Origin: a virus
Lineage: Duplodnaviria; Caudoviricetes
IMG/VR virus record: IMGVR_UViG_3300043493_000130
Span: 4,348 to 68,347 of that record
DNA: 64,000 nt
Direction: 5' to 3' (one strand)
The translations under genes were made by a program, and so were the position numbers. This document shows, one piece after another, positions 9,298 through 18,475 of this stretch. Below the pieces are notes generated by a model. It was not told the DNA's origin, ran no database searches, and saw nothing but the letters and a program-made list of their open reading frames with translations. Each line of letters starts with the position of its first letter. The stretch's first letter is position 1.

Positions 9298-9513
9298 ATG
9301 TCCTGTGGTGGATGCGGTCAGGCGCGCGCTCAGTTTTTTGGTGCCGTCCGGCGCGGCGACCTCGGCGGCGTCGTTCAAGCCGTGGGCACTGCGATCAATA
9401 TCAACATGGACAAAATCCGCGGCGTCGACGTCGAGAAAAAATACGGCGGCGTCAGCAAGTCTCCGATCGTCCCCGCGGTCCCGTACCGGCGGCAGCCGGG
9501 TCGGACAGTGTGA
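9298..9513 (+). CDS. Hypothetical protein (MSCGGC...)
   Basis: GAGGAG RBS; stop overlaps the portal start (TGATG). Confidence 0.6.
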   Translation: MSCGGCGQARAQFFGAVRRGDLGGVVQAVGTAININMDKIRGVDVEKKYGGVSKSPIVPAVPYRRQPGRTV

Positions 9514-10790
9514 TGCCGTCTTTTTTGTCGCGCCTCGTTTTCAAACAAGCCCCAGAGGTGGTGCCGGTGCCGACCGGCGTCGAAAGCGCCATCGGCGGCA
9601 CCGTGACCTTCGAGCGCGACAACATGATAATGCTGCGGGAGTATTACCGCTCCATCTATATGTGGCGCTGCGTGGACATGATCGCACAAATGAGCTCTTC
9701 CATTGTGCTCGACGTGGCGCCGCTGTCGAACCGCGCGCTCTCCGAGGAGGAAAAGGCGGTCGACCGGCTGATCAAGAAGCCGAACCCGCAATGGACGGCG
9801 GCGGCCTTGCAGTATTTCGTCGCAGCAAGTCTCGCGGTTGCCAATCGTTGCTACCTGCAAAAGGTCCGCAGCGAGATCGGCCGCAACGTCTTGGAGCTTT
9901 GGCCGATCCCGGCCAACGAGGTCACCACCAGATATCGCAACGGGACGCAAGTCATCGAAGCCTTCGTGCGCAGCACCGCGACCGGCATCAAGGTTTTCCC
10001 GGTCGACGATAATGGCGACTCTGACATGATCTTCATCCGGCGGCCGGTGCTCAATCATGCGTCGGACAAGTCGCCGGCTTCGGTTGCGGTGCCGCCGGCC
10101 GAGACTTTTACCCGCATCCTGCAGCGCTGCTACGACATCGTATCGAACGCCTCCAATATCACCGGGGTTCTTTCGACCGAGGCCGAGCTCGGCAAGCAGG
10201 TGGTTAAGGACGTCAAGAGCGAGGTGCAGCGCTTTCGCACCGGCGCGGCCGAGAGCGGCGGCATGCTCGTCACCGCCAATGCGAAGTGGCAGATGACGCG
10301 CCTGTCGGAAGACCCCGCGACCGCGCTCTCGGTCGAGATCAAGGACAGCCTGGCGCGCGATGTCTGCATGACCTTTGGCGTGCCGACGCAGCTCGTCGGC
10401 CTGCCGGGGACCGACACCTATAACAACCTTGCCCTCGCCCGCGTCGGCCTGCTCACGGACACCGTGCTGCCGGGCTACGTCAATCTCTATGTGAGCTCGC
10501 TCAACGACGCCTTCATGGACGACCCGGGGACCGGCGAGCGCACGGCGATGATCAAGCCGAACACGGCGGCGATCCCCTCGATGGCGGCTTCGCGGCTGCA
10601 GCTCGTCGATACCGCCGTCAAGGCCACCATGTTGACGCTCAATGAGCAGCGCGCGCTCCTCGGCTTCCCGCCCTACGAAGACGACGAGGCGGACGTTCCC
10701 GTGTTGTTGGAGGAATTGCGGATCAAGCGCTTGCAGGTCGAGAGCGGCGCCGGCAACGTTGCGGACCAGATGGCCAACGAGCCCGGGTAA
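9513..10790 (+). CDS. Portal protein, HK97 family
   Basis: WRCVDMIAQ..SS; PNPQWT; ARDVCMTFGVPTQLVG...TYNN; position after TerL. Confidence 0.9.
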   Translation: MPSFLSRLVFKQAPEVVPVPTGVESAIGGTVTFERDNMIMLREYYRSIYMWRCVDMIAQMSSSIVLDVAPLSNRALSEEEKAVDRLIKKPNPQWTAAALQYFVAASLAVANRCYLQKVRSEIGRNVLELWPIPANEVTTRYRNGTQVIEAFVRSTATGIKVFPVDDNGDSDMIFIRRPVLNHASDKSPASVAVPPAETFTRILQRCYDIVSNASNITGVLSTEAELGKQVVKDVKSEVQRFRTGAAESGGMLVTANAKWQMTRLSEDPATALSVEIKDSLARDVCMTFGVPTQLVGLPGTDTYNNLALARVGLLTDTVLPGYVNLYVSSLNDAFMDDPGTGERTAMIKPNTAAIPSMAASRLQLVDTAVKATMLTLNEQRALLGFPPYEDDEADVPVLLEELRIKRLQVESGAGNVADQMANEPG

Positions 10791-10805
10791 TGAGGAGGAT
10801 GCGCA

Positions 10806-12302
10806 ATGTCCTACAAATCGATCGTCATTTCGTCCGGACACGGTTTGTATGTCCGCGGCGCCGAAGGAATTTTAGACGAGGTTGACGAAGCCCGCCGAGT
10901 TACCAAGAAAGTGGCGGAGCTCCTCCGCGCGCGCGGCGTCACCGTCGTGGACTTCCACGACGATAAATCGAAAACGCAGGACGACAACTTGGCCGCGATT
11001 GTGGGCTTTCACAATTCGCAGAATCGCGAGCTGGACATCAGCGTGCACCTGAACGCCTACCAGCAAACATCGAAACCGATGGGGACGGAGGTTCTCTATG
11101 TCTCGGAAGCCGAGCTCGCCGGCCGGCTGTCGGCCGCCATTGCCGGCGACTGGTTCATCGACCGCGGCGGCAAGCACGAAACCGGCCTTTACTTTCTCAA
11201 CAACACGACGATGCCTGCCGTGCTCCTGGAAATATGCTTCGTGGACTCAAGCGCCGACGCAGAGGTCTACAATCAGAAGTTCGACCAGATTTGTGCGGGC
11301 ATCGCGGACGCGCTCTCCCCCTTGGAGGCCGCAGGACGACCAGACGAGGAGAATGGGGACGATATGCGCACGATTGAAGCCGGCGACGAGGGCGAAGACG
11401 TCAAGACGGTGCAGCGCATCCTTGGCATCCCGGAGGACGGCCAGTTCGGTCCGATGACCGACGCCGCGGTGCGGGCGTTCCAAGCGGCGGCGGGGCTCGA
11501 CGATACCGGCGTCGTTGACGAAATGACCTGGGAAGAGCTCAGCCAATTGGACCGCCGCAAGAGCAAAGCGGCTCCCCACTTGCCGCCCGCCTTGCAGGCG
11601 TCGATCCTTTCTAAGATTCATGGCATGCCCCTGTTCCTTTATAGCTGGGACGACCGCGGCATTGCGCCCGCCGGCTACATCAACGGCATGGCGCTAACCT
11701 TCGCCCTCCTCGTGCAGATGTACAACGATGGCGACAACTTCGCCCGCGAGCTCGCCAAGGCGCCGGCCGGTGACGAGGACGACGCGCTGGTTGTCTACGA
11801 GGACGAGTTTAAGGCTGCCAAAATGGACAACAGCGCGACGGGCCTCACGACCTTGCGGCATCTGCTCGTGCTGATGATTGGGCTCGGCATGCGCGAGAGC
11901 AGCGGCCAGTATTACGAGGGCCGCGACCAGTCGGCAGAGAACGTCGAAAGCGACACCGCCGAGGCCGGCTTGTTTCAGACCTCGTGGAATATCAACACCT
12001 GCAGCGACGAGTTCATGGACGAGCTGCTGCGTTCTTATTGGCTCGACCCGAACGGCTGGTTGCCGGTGTTCGGCGAGGGGCTGGTGCCGAATGCGACTGA
12101 CTTGGAGCACTACGGCTCCGGCGACGGCGCGCGCTATCAATTCCTGGCGAAATACGCGCCCGCGTTCGCAGTGCTGGTCGCGGCGCTCGGCCTGCGCCTC
12201 CGGTGCGACCATTGGGGCCCGATCAACCGCGGCGAAGTTGAGCTGACCAAGGAAGCGGACGAGATGCTTAAGCGCGTGCAGTCCCTGGTCTGCACCGCAT
12301 AG
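10806..12302 (+). CDS. Multidomain peptidoglycan hydrolase: Amidase_3 + PG-binding + lysozyme/SLT-like domain
   Basis: ISSGHG...E...SVHLNA...LLEICFVD amidase motifs; VKTVQRILGIPEDGQFGPMTDAAVRAFQ PG-binding domain; GMRESSG...AGLFQTSWN. Confidence 0.85.
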   Translation: MSYKSIVISSGHGLYVRGAEGILDEVDEARRVTKKVAELLRARGVTVVDFHDDKSKTQDDNLAAIVGFHNSQNRELDISVHLNAYQQTSKPMGTEVLYVSEAELAGRLSAAIAGDWFIDRGGKHETGLYFLNNTTMPAVLLEICFVDSSADAEVYNQKFDQICAGIADALSPLEAAGRPDEENGDDMRTIEAGDEGEDVKTVQRILGIPEDGQFGPMTDAAVRAFQAAAGLDDTGVVDEMTWEELSQLDRRKSKAAPHLPPALQASILSKIHGMPLFLYSWDDRGIAPAGYINGMALTFALLVQMYNDGDNFARELAKAPAGDEDDALVVYEDEFKAAKMDNSATGLTTLRHLLVLMIGLGMRESSGQYYEGRDQSAENVESDTAEAGLFQTSWNINTCSDEFMDELLRSYWLDPNGWLPVFGEGLVPNATDLEHYGSGDGARYQFLAKYAPAFAVLVAALGLRLRCDHWGPINRGEVELTKEADEMLKRVQSLVCTA

Positions 12303-12310
12303 CGCCGGCC

Positions 12311-13060
12311 ATGCTGCTCAACGTCTCGGACGACGACCATTTCCAAGCCTACCTCGACCGAGAGGAACAGCGGCTGTACGTCCCGATGGCCGGCATTCTC
12401 ACTGCCGGTGTGCGGCTTCAAGTCAATCGCACTTCAGTGGCGGCCGAGGTCTACATCGTGGAGCGCGGCGGGCCGCTTCTGCTCAAGACCTATCGGCGCA
12501 TCTATCGGGACCAGTTCCGTGCCGTCAGCGCGCTCGAACGCAAGGCGGAGGGGGACTCGATCACCGAGTTCATGGCCGAGCAGGAGCGCTATCTAAAGGC
12601 CGAAGGCGCCCGCAAGATTGTCGACATTGCCGAGAGCTTGCGTGATTTCGTGCGCGGGGTCGTGCTTGGGATGTTGCAGGACGGCAAGGGCACGGAGACA
12701 ATCGCGCGCGCGCTTTCCGGCCAAGCGCCGGAGATCGGCCGCACGCGGGCGGCGACAATCGCGCGCACCGAGACCCACAACGCCGCGCTCGCTGCTATCG
12801 ACCAGACATTGAAGTTCAAGAACATCACGGTCCAAAAAAAGACCTGGTGGGCGAACCGCGACCGCCGCACGCGGCCGACGCACCGCGCGGCGCACGGGCA
12901 GGAAAAGCCGCTCGATGAACCGTTCATTGTCGGCGGCGAAAAGATGATGCGGCCGGGGGACGATAGCTTCGGCGCGGGCGCGGAAGAGATCATCAACTGC
13001 CGCTGCAGCGTTCTCTACGAGGCCGCCGAGCCGCCGGAGCCGCCCGGCGTCGTCGTCTAG
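12311..13060 (+). CDS. Head morphogenesis protein, Mu gpF / SPP1 gp7 family
   Basis: RAATIARTETHNA; KTWW..RD.RTRPTH..AHGQ; PGD......EEIINCRC. Confidence 0.9.
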   Translation: MLLNVSDDDHFQAYLDREEQRLYVPMAGILTAGVRLQVNRTSVAAEVYIVERGGPLLLKTYRRIYRDQFRAVSALERKAEGDSITEFMAEQERYLKAEGARKIVDIAESLRDFVRGVVLGMLQDGKGTETIARALSGQAPEIGRTRAATIARTETHNAALAAIDQTLKFKNITVQKKTWWANRDRRTRPTHRAAHGQEKPLDEPFIVGGEKMMRPGDDSFGAGAEEIINCRCSVLYEAAEPPEPPGVVV

Positions 13061-13238
13061 CACTTGTAGAGTCCGGCCGCTTGCGCTACCGCCCGTAGCC
13101 GCGTGGGGGCCGGCTCCTCCTCCTAGGATTTGACCGAGGACGTCTCACCAGATTCATCGGCCGCCGGCTCCCGCGCGCCCTTTCCCACCACAGCTAAGCA
13201 GCAGTGCGCGCACGTCAACCGAAAAGGGAGAAAGCCCT

Positions 13239-13874
13239 ATGTGGTATTTGATGCAAGCGATTCCGATCGGAATTCCCGGTCACGAACTTCCCCCTGGCAT
13301 CAGTGGCGGTCCCGGATCGCTGCCGCCCTATCCGAGCCAGGGCCTGCCGGGACAGCCGCCCTATCCGAGCCAGGGCCTGCCGGGACAGCCGCCCTATCCG
13401 AGCCAGGGCCTGCCGGGACAGCCGCCCTATCCGAGCCAGGGTTTGCCGGGACAGCCGCCCTATCCGAGCCAGGATTTGCCGCCCGGCATCTGGGGCGGCG
13501 CTGGCTCGCTGCCTCCGGGCGTCAGTGGGGGGCCCGGCTCGCTGCCTCCGGGCATCAGCGGCGGTCCGGGATCGTTGCCGCCCTGGGCCACGCAACTGCC
13601 TTGGGGGCCGCCGGATCAGCCCGGGGTGACCCCGCACGGCCAGGCGGTCGCGGGCGCGCCACCTGCCACTGTAGACACAGCCACGGGCGCTTGGGTGCTA
13701 GTCAGCATCGGCGGCGCGCTGGTTTGGGCATGGGCGCAGAAGCCGCAAGCCTCCGGAACGCCGGGAACGCCTGACCACACCCTGCCGCCTGGTTCCCCTG
13801 GTGCGCCGTCGCACCCGATTGCAACGCCGCCCGGCAGCACGAAGCCCGTTCAGCCCGCGCAACCGAAAGCTTAA
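13239..13874 (+). CDS. Pro/Gly-rich low-complexity protein with PPYPSQGLPGQ repeats
   Basis: GGGAG RBS; tandem 11-aa repeats, a hydrophobic W-rich segment and PDHTLP/PSHPI motifs. Confidence 0.7.
   Translation: MWYLMQAIPIGIPGHELPPGISGGPGSLPPYPSQGLPGQPPYPSQGLPGQPPYPSQGLPGQPPYPSQGLPGQPPYPSQDLPPGIWGGAGSLPPGVSGGPGSLPPGISGGPGSLPPWATQLPWGPPDQPGVTPHGQAVAGAPPATVDTATGAWVLVSIGGALVWAWAQKPQASGTPGTPDHTLPPGSPGAPSHPIATPPGSTKPVQPAQPKA
13322..13480 (+). repeat. 33-bp tandem repeat, about 5 copies, coding
   Basis: gccgccctatccgagccagggcctgccgggaca repeated head to tail. Confidence 0.95.
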
Positions 13875-13887
13875 GGTATTGAAATGG

Positions 13888-13916
13888 TGCGCGCCCCCTC
13901 CTCCTGGGGGCGCGCA
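13888..13916 (+). terminator. Hairpin between convergent genes
   Basis: tgcgcgccccc-N7-gggggcgcgca. Confidence 0.6.
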
Positions 13917-14053
13917 TTGCTAATCGCGGAGGGCGAGCAGGGCTTTTCCCGCACGCGAGCGCTGGCGTGATGCGAAATAAAAGAGGCTGCTTGCTCCAAT
14001 CCGCCCACGCCCCCGCGTGTTGTTGCTTCGGATCAAAGCAGTCGGCCAGCGCG

Positions 14054-14368
14054 CTAATCCTCTTCCCCGGCATCGAGCAGCTCGTCGGCGAGCAGGCGCC
14101 CCTCATCATCGAGGAGCCCCGCCACCAGCTCGTCGTCGTCGCTCACCGCCTCGACAATTCGGAATAGCGCGTGCTCGGCCGCGGCGCGCTGCCGCATATG
14201 GTCTTCCTTGAACCTCCGCGCCGTCTCCAAGTTCACGGCGCGCTCGATGAGCAGCGCAAGCATTTGCAGCGCGGCCAGCGCGTTCGCGAGCGGCTCGAGC
14301 AAGTCGCGCCGCCGCATCGCGCTCAGGCGGAGCGCCAGGGCGGCATAGGCAGGGGCGGGCGCCGACAT
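14054..14368 (-). CDS. Hypothetical helical protein
   Basis: MSAPAPAYAALALRL... acidic C-terminus; lies antisense between late genes. Confidence 0.45.
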   Translation of the reverse strand: MSAPAPAYAALALRLSAMRRRDLLEPLANALAALQMLALLIERAVNLETARRFKEDHMRQRAAAEHALFRIVEAVSDDDELVAGLLDDEGRLLADELLDAGEED

Positions 14369-14459
14369 AATCCGGACTCTATCCCTTGACCTCCGCTCGT
14401 TCCCACCACTATGCTGCCGCCGCATTGGTGAGACGCATCGACGTGGGGCACGAACCGCG

Positions 14460-15155
14460 ATGCATTTCGCCGACCTTACCTTGCGCAATTTTGAAACCAA
14501 ATCCGTCACCGACGACAAGGCGACGTTCATCGGCATTGCGTCTACCAGCGACATCGACCTCGGCCAGGACATCATCGAGGCCGGGGCCTTCGGCAAATCA
14601 TTGAACTCGGTCGTGCTCCTGCGCGACCACAATCCTTCCAAAGTTATCGGAAGGGTCAACGAGTTCGAGCAGGACGGGAAGGACCTGCGCGTGGCCGGCG
14701 AGATCGGCTTCGACAGCGACACGGCGCGCGAAACCTACGCCCTGATAAAGCGCGGCTACCTCACCGGCCTCTCGCCCGGCTATGTCATCAAGCGCAACGG
14801 CGCCTCGTGGGACGAGAAGGACCAGGTTCGCCGGATCAAAAAGGCCGAGCTCTGCGAGTGCTCCGTCGTCGCGATCCCCGCCAACCCGCGGGCTCGCCTC
14901 CGCAACGTCAAGTCGGTGCTCGAGCAAGTTGGCGCGCGCGACTTCCTCTTCGACCTCGGCTTTGAGGAGGAGGAGGTCGAGGTGCTCGTCACGAAGGGCT
15001 TCGACGCCTTGCTGCGCGGCGGGCCGGGCCAGGCGCCGCAATCTCCCTCCTACTTGGCACCCGCGCCTGTAAGTGCGGCTACGCCCGTTTGGGTCGCGGC
15101 TGTTCGCGATCTTCTCAACGATATGAGGACTCGACATGTCGACGCCAACCATTGA
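14460..15155 (+). CDS. Prohead protease, HK97 family
   Basis: FIGIAST..D...DII..GAF; LLRDHN; GLSPGY; ECSVVAIPANPRARL. Confidence 0.92.
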   Translation: MHFADLTLRNFETKSVTDDKATFIGIASTSDIDLGQDIIEAGAFGKSLNSVVLLRDHNPSKVIGRVNEFEQDGKDLRVAGEIGFDSDTARETYALIKRGYLTGLSPGYVIKRNGASWDEKDQVRRIKKAELCECSVVAIPANPRARLRNVKSVLEQVGARDFLFDLGFEEEEVEVLVTKGFDALLRGGPGQAPQSPSYLAPAPVSAATPVWVAAVRDLLNDMRTRHVDANH

Positions 15156-16485
15156 AGAGACAGTCTCCGCCCTCCTCACCGAAATCAAAACCACACGCAC
15201 CGAGATTGCGACGGCCGACGAGGCGCGCAAGGCAGCGCTTGCCGAGCTGCAAAAGAGCGTCGCCACCGGCTCGAAGTCTGTCACTGACACTGAGGCCAAG
15301 GTCGAGCGCATCGCCGCGGACGTCGCGGCAAGCACGACCAAGCAGCAGTCGCTGGAGGCCGCGATCGAAAGCCTCTCGAAGAAGGTCAACCGGCCGGGCG
15401 GGAGCGAGCCGTTCTCCGACGAGGTCAACCGCAAGGCGGCGCGCGGCCTGCTCGAAATGCGGCACCTCATGCGCGTCCCGAAAACCGACCCGAGCCATCG
15501 CTTCGCCCCGACCGAGCAGGAAATCGAGGAGGCGATGGTCGCCTGCAAGGCTCTCAATACCTTGATGCACAGCATCGACGTCGCGCAAATGCCGGAGCTC
15601 GAACGCAAGGCGCTGACGTCGTTCAATATGGGTGCGTCCGGTTTCATTCTTCAGCCCGAGATGTCCTCGCGGATTCTTTCGTGCCTCGTCGACATCACCG
15701 ACGTCGCCGGCATCATGGCGAATATCTCGATCAGTGGCCCGTCGATTAAGTTCATGGTCGATGACGTGCGTATCATGCAAGCCGCCTGGGCCTGTGAGAC
15801 GTCATGCTTCGCCAACAACCCGCCGGCCGTCCTCACCGAGGGGCTCGGCGAAATCGAGATCAAGCCGGAAACACTGCGGTATGTCGTCTGCGCGTCGCGG
15901 GATATCCTTGAGGACGCGGCGGTCGACGTCGAGTCGTGGATGCTTGCGAAGGTCAACTTTGCGTTCCGCAATACCGTTTCCACCGCCATCCTCACCGGCG
16001 ACGGCATTGGGAAACCGCTTGGAATTCTCAATCCTACCGCGGGGATTCCGATCTGCGATACCGGCGTCGGCACCCCCGCGGGCCAATTCACATGGCAAGA
16101 TCTCATTATGCTCAAGTGGATGGTGCCCATGCAATTCCAGGGCGCCGGCCGGTTTCTGATGAACCAAAATTCCTTCGCCCAGGTCCTCACCATGAGCGAC
16201 GCGAACGGGCGGCCGATCATGATCGCGAGCCCGACCGAGAGCGGTGTCTTCCTTATCAACGGATCGGCTGTGCAGATTGTGACGCAAATGCCCGACGCGG
16301 TGCCAGGTGCTACTCCGGTGGCTTACGGCAATTGGAATTTGACGTACATGGTGGTCAACCGGAAGGCGGTGACCATGCAGCAAGACCCATACTCGGCGGG
16401 TTTCTGTGTGCTCTTCAAGTTCGAGGCGCGTGTGGGCGGCTCGATCATCTGTGCGAACGCAGCGCGGCTGTTGCGCATTAAGTGA
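15136..16485 (+). CDS. Major capsid protein, HK97 fold
   Basis: N-terminal coiled-coil delta domain; GFILQPEM; GDGIGKPLGIL; YGNW..TY; FKFEARVGG. Confidence 0.93.
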   Translation: MSTPTIEETVSALLTEIKTTRTEIATADEARKAALAELQKSVATGSKSVTDTEAKVERIAADVAASTTKQQSLEAAIESLSKKVNRPGGSEPFSDEVNRKAARGLLEMRHLMRVPKTDPSHRFAPTEQEIEEAMVACKALNTLMHSIDVAQMPELERKALTSFNMGASGFILQPEMSSRILSCLVDITDVAGIMANISISGPSIKFMVDDVRIMQAAWACETSCFANNPPAVLTEGLGEIEIKPETLRYVVCASRDILEDAAVDVESWMLAKVNFAFRNTVSTAILTGDGIGKPLGILNPTAGIPICDTGVGTPAGQFTWQDLIMLKWMVPMQFQGAGRFLMNQNSFAQVLTMSDANGRPIMIASPTESGVFLINGSAVQIVTQMPDAVPGATPVAYGNWNLTYMVVNRKAVTMQQDPYSAGFCVLFKFEARVGGSIICANAARLLRIK

Positions 16486-16496
16486 ACGGAGAGGGC

Positions 16497-16567
16497 GGAG
16501 CCCGGCAATCTTGCCATGGGCATCATCTAATAATTGGCCGGGCTCCTGGGGTCGCCGCAGCGACCTT
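16497..16567 (-). ncRNA. tigRNA-like unit 2 (spacers AUUAUUAGA / UGGCAAGAU)
   Basis: Minus strand AAGGUCGC-UGCG-GCGACC-CCA-GGAGCCCGG-CCA-N9-UG-AUGC-CCA-N9-UG-CCGGGCUCC; 71 nt. Confidence 0.8.
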
Positions 16568-16574
16568 AACGAGA

Positions 16575-16603
16575 ATGCTGGCGCACGGTGCGCCGTGAAG
16601 CAA
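16575..16603 (-). promoter_or_regulatory. Candidate promoter of unit 2
   Basis: TTGCTT-N17-CAGCAT-N7 before the leader. Confidence 0.4.
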
Positions 16604-16616
16604 GAGGAGAGTTACG

Positions 16617-17036
16617 ATGGGCATGTGGAGCGCCGCGGGTGCCGTCGCGGCATGGAATGTCGCCACTCCGAAATATGCGAACCTCGCGGTTGGCTACGCC
16701 TACGCCGTGATCTTCGGCAACCAGTCGGTGTCGGACATCACGTCGGGCACGTACACTTTTGAGGGCGCCGACGCGAGCCCGGCAGACGCCTGTTTGCCCG
16801 GGGCGTTCACGGCGCTGCAGACGACGCCCGCCTGCGACGCGCTTCCGGGCGCCGTAGTAGGCCCGGCAACGATCACGTTCTCGGCGGCGGCGCCGCTGCG
16901 CGCCGGGCAAATGTGCTCCTTCGCGATCGAATGCCCGAAGCAATTCCTGCGGGTTGCCGGGGCGCCGGTCGGAGGCATGGACATCATCGCGGTTGTGACG
17001 AGGCTTCGGCGGACCAACTTTGGGCAAGCCGCGTGA
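16617..17036 (+). CDS. Probable head decoration / capsid accessory protein
   Basis: Directly after the capsid gene, GAGGAG RBS, beta-rich with Cys residues. Confidence 0.55.
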   Translation: MGMWSAAGAVAAWNVATPKYANLAVGYAYAVIFGNQSVSDITSGTYTFEGADASPADACLPGAFTALQTTPACDALPGAVVGPATITFSAAAPLRAGQMCSFAIECPKQFLRVAGAPVGGMDIIAVVTRLRRTNFGQAA

Positions 17037-17407
17037 AGTTGAGCGAGGCGCACCGCGTCGAGGGCGACGTTCGCGTGGAGTTCCGCGGAACCGGCCGCGC
17101 CCGGTTTCGTTTGCAGCACACGAGGAGCTTCAACGGGGAACCCGATACCCTTAGCTGGAGTGACGTCACCCAGGTTTCGAACGGAGCGCTGGCCTCGCCC
17201 GAGGATGGCGTCGACGGGCGGACCCGCCTCGTCGGGGTTCTGGTGGACTGGGTCGAGGGCGACACGGACGTGCCGTATCGCCGGTATCGCGCCGACTGGC
17301 TTCGCGTTGTACCATTTGATGAGTTTGACAAGGAGCTCGTCGAGCAATGCCTGAGGTACGAGTTCAAAGTGGTGCCCGAGCGGAGCGCCGGATCGTCATC
17401 CGCATGA
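17033..17407 (+). CDS. Hypothetical protein
   Basis: GTGA start/stop overlap with the upstream gene. Confidence 0.55.
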   Translation: MKLSEAHRVEGDVRVEFRGTGRARFRLQHTRSFNGEPDTLSWSDVTQVSNGALASPEDGVDGRTRLVGVLVDWVEGDTDVPYRRYRADWLRVVPFDEFDKELVEQCLRYEFKVVPERSAGSSSA

Positions 17408-17712
17408 CGCAGGCGGCGCTCTACTCGCTTGATAACGGCATCACCAGGACGTCATTTCTCGACGGCGAGCTCTATGAAGTTCCGGCGTTCGCCGGCCGGG
17501 CGATGATCAGCCACGGCTGGGCGCGTGCGGCCGATGGCGACGAGGCGCCGCCGCCCGAGCGGTATCCGGAACCGGACCCGAAGCCGGAGCCACAAGACCC
17601 TGAGCCTGAGCCGGCCGTCGCGAGCGCGCCGGAGATCGAAACCGGGGCTGTGCCGAAAAATGAAACTGCGACCTACAAGCTCAAGCTGACGAAAGGAAAA
17701 CGCGATGACTAG
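17404..17712 (+). CDS. Hypothetical protein with Pro/Glu-rich tail
   Basis: ATGA overlap; MTQAALYSLDNG... Confidence 0.55.
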   Translation: MTQAALYSLDNGITRTSFLDGELYEVPAFAGRAMISHGWARAADGDEAPPPERYPEPDPKPEPQDPEPEPAVASAPEIETGAVPKNETATYKLKLTKGKRDD

Positions 17713-17872
17713 CACCTGCAGCAATTTCTGCGCGGATCCCGCTCCGTGCGTGCTCGACTGGTTCAAATCGCCTTGCGTCTGCACGGTTGCTGCCGGCGGC
17801 GTGGCGCCGACGGTTGCCATCACCCGGCCGGCGGAAGCGGAAGCGCCGCCCGCGCAGGCGGAGCCCGTGTAA
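17705..17872 (+). CDS. Small Cys-rich protein (55 aa)
   Basis: Hand translation MTSTCSNFCADPAPCVLDWFKSPCVC...; GGA RBS. Confidence 0.45.
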   Translation: MTSTCSNFCADPAPCVLDWFKSPCVCTVAAGGVAPTVAITRPAEAEAPPAQAEPV

Positions 17873-18057
17873 GGTGAAGCCTTTGCTTGCTGAGCCCGCG
17901 AGGAGCATTGGCGCCACCGGCGAGCGCAAGAACCGGCCGCTCATTGCCACCCGGCGGGCCGGCGTGGTGATTGTGCCGCCGCGGCCCGCGCGCCTCGTCG
18001 TCAAGCCGCGCGTCGGCGGCATCGTCACGGCGCGGCCGCAACCATAGGGGTCAAGCT

Positions 18058-18465
18058 GTGGCCATTTGTCAGCCGGTGGCGTGCTGCTGTGAAGAGTGGA
18101 CGATCGCGCCCGGCCTGACGTTGCCGCTCTACATCGACTGGTCGACGTGGCTCGCGCAGCTCCCCGGGTACAAGCTCACAACCGTTGCCGCCGCAACGCT
18201 GAGCAAGATCGGAGCGGTTGTTGAGCCGGCGCCGTCGAGCGAGATCGAGCTCGTCTCGGGGCGCGACCCGCCGCCGGCCAATGCCCACCCGGGCTTTACA
18301 GAAATTTTGAGCGACGGCACCGTGACGCTGAATATCGTCGACGCCGCCGAGACTGTGCCCGTCGGCAACTTGTACCGCCTCGACCTCGCGGTTTATGCGC
18401 GCGATTGCGACGGCCGCACCATCGCCCTCAAGTTCTGCGTGAGCATCTATATCACGTCCTGCTAG
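18058..18465 (+). CDS. Cys-rich hypothetical virion protein
   Basis: MAICQPVACCCEEW...YIDWSTWL; beta-sandwich-like pattern. Confidence 0.55.
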   Translation: MAICQPVACCCEEWTIAPGLTLPLYIDWSTWLAQLPGYKLTTVAAATLSKIGAVVEPAPSSEIELVSGRDPPPANAHPGFTEILSDGTVTLNIVDAAETVPVGNLYRLDLAVYARDCDGRTIALKFCVSIYITSC

Positions 18466-18475
18466 GGTCAGATGG

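Noticed and set aside
13322-13480. 33-bp tandem repeat as a CRISPR array
   Set aside because: No spacers; in-frame coding repeat.
7437-15647. Long minus-strand ORFs opposite terL, portal, protease and capsid (7437-8540, 9375-10841, 14598-15647), and similar ones opposite sheath, tape measure and D5
   Set aside because: Shadow ORFs with no motifs, opposite well-supported genes.
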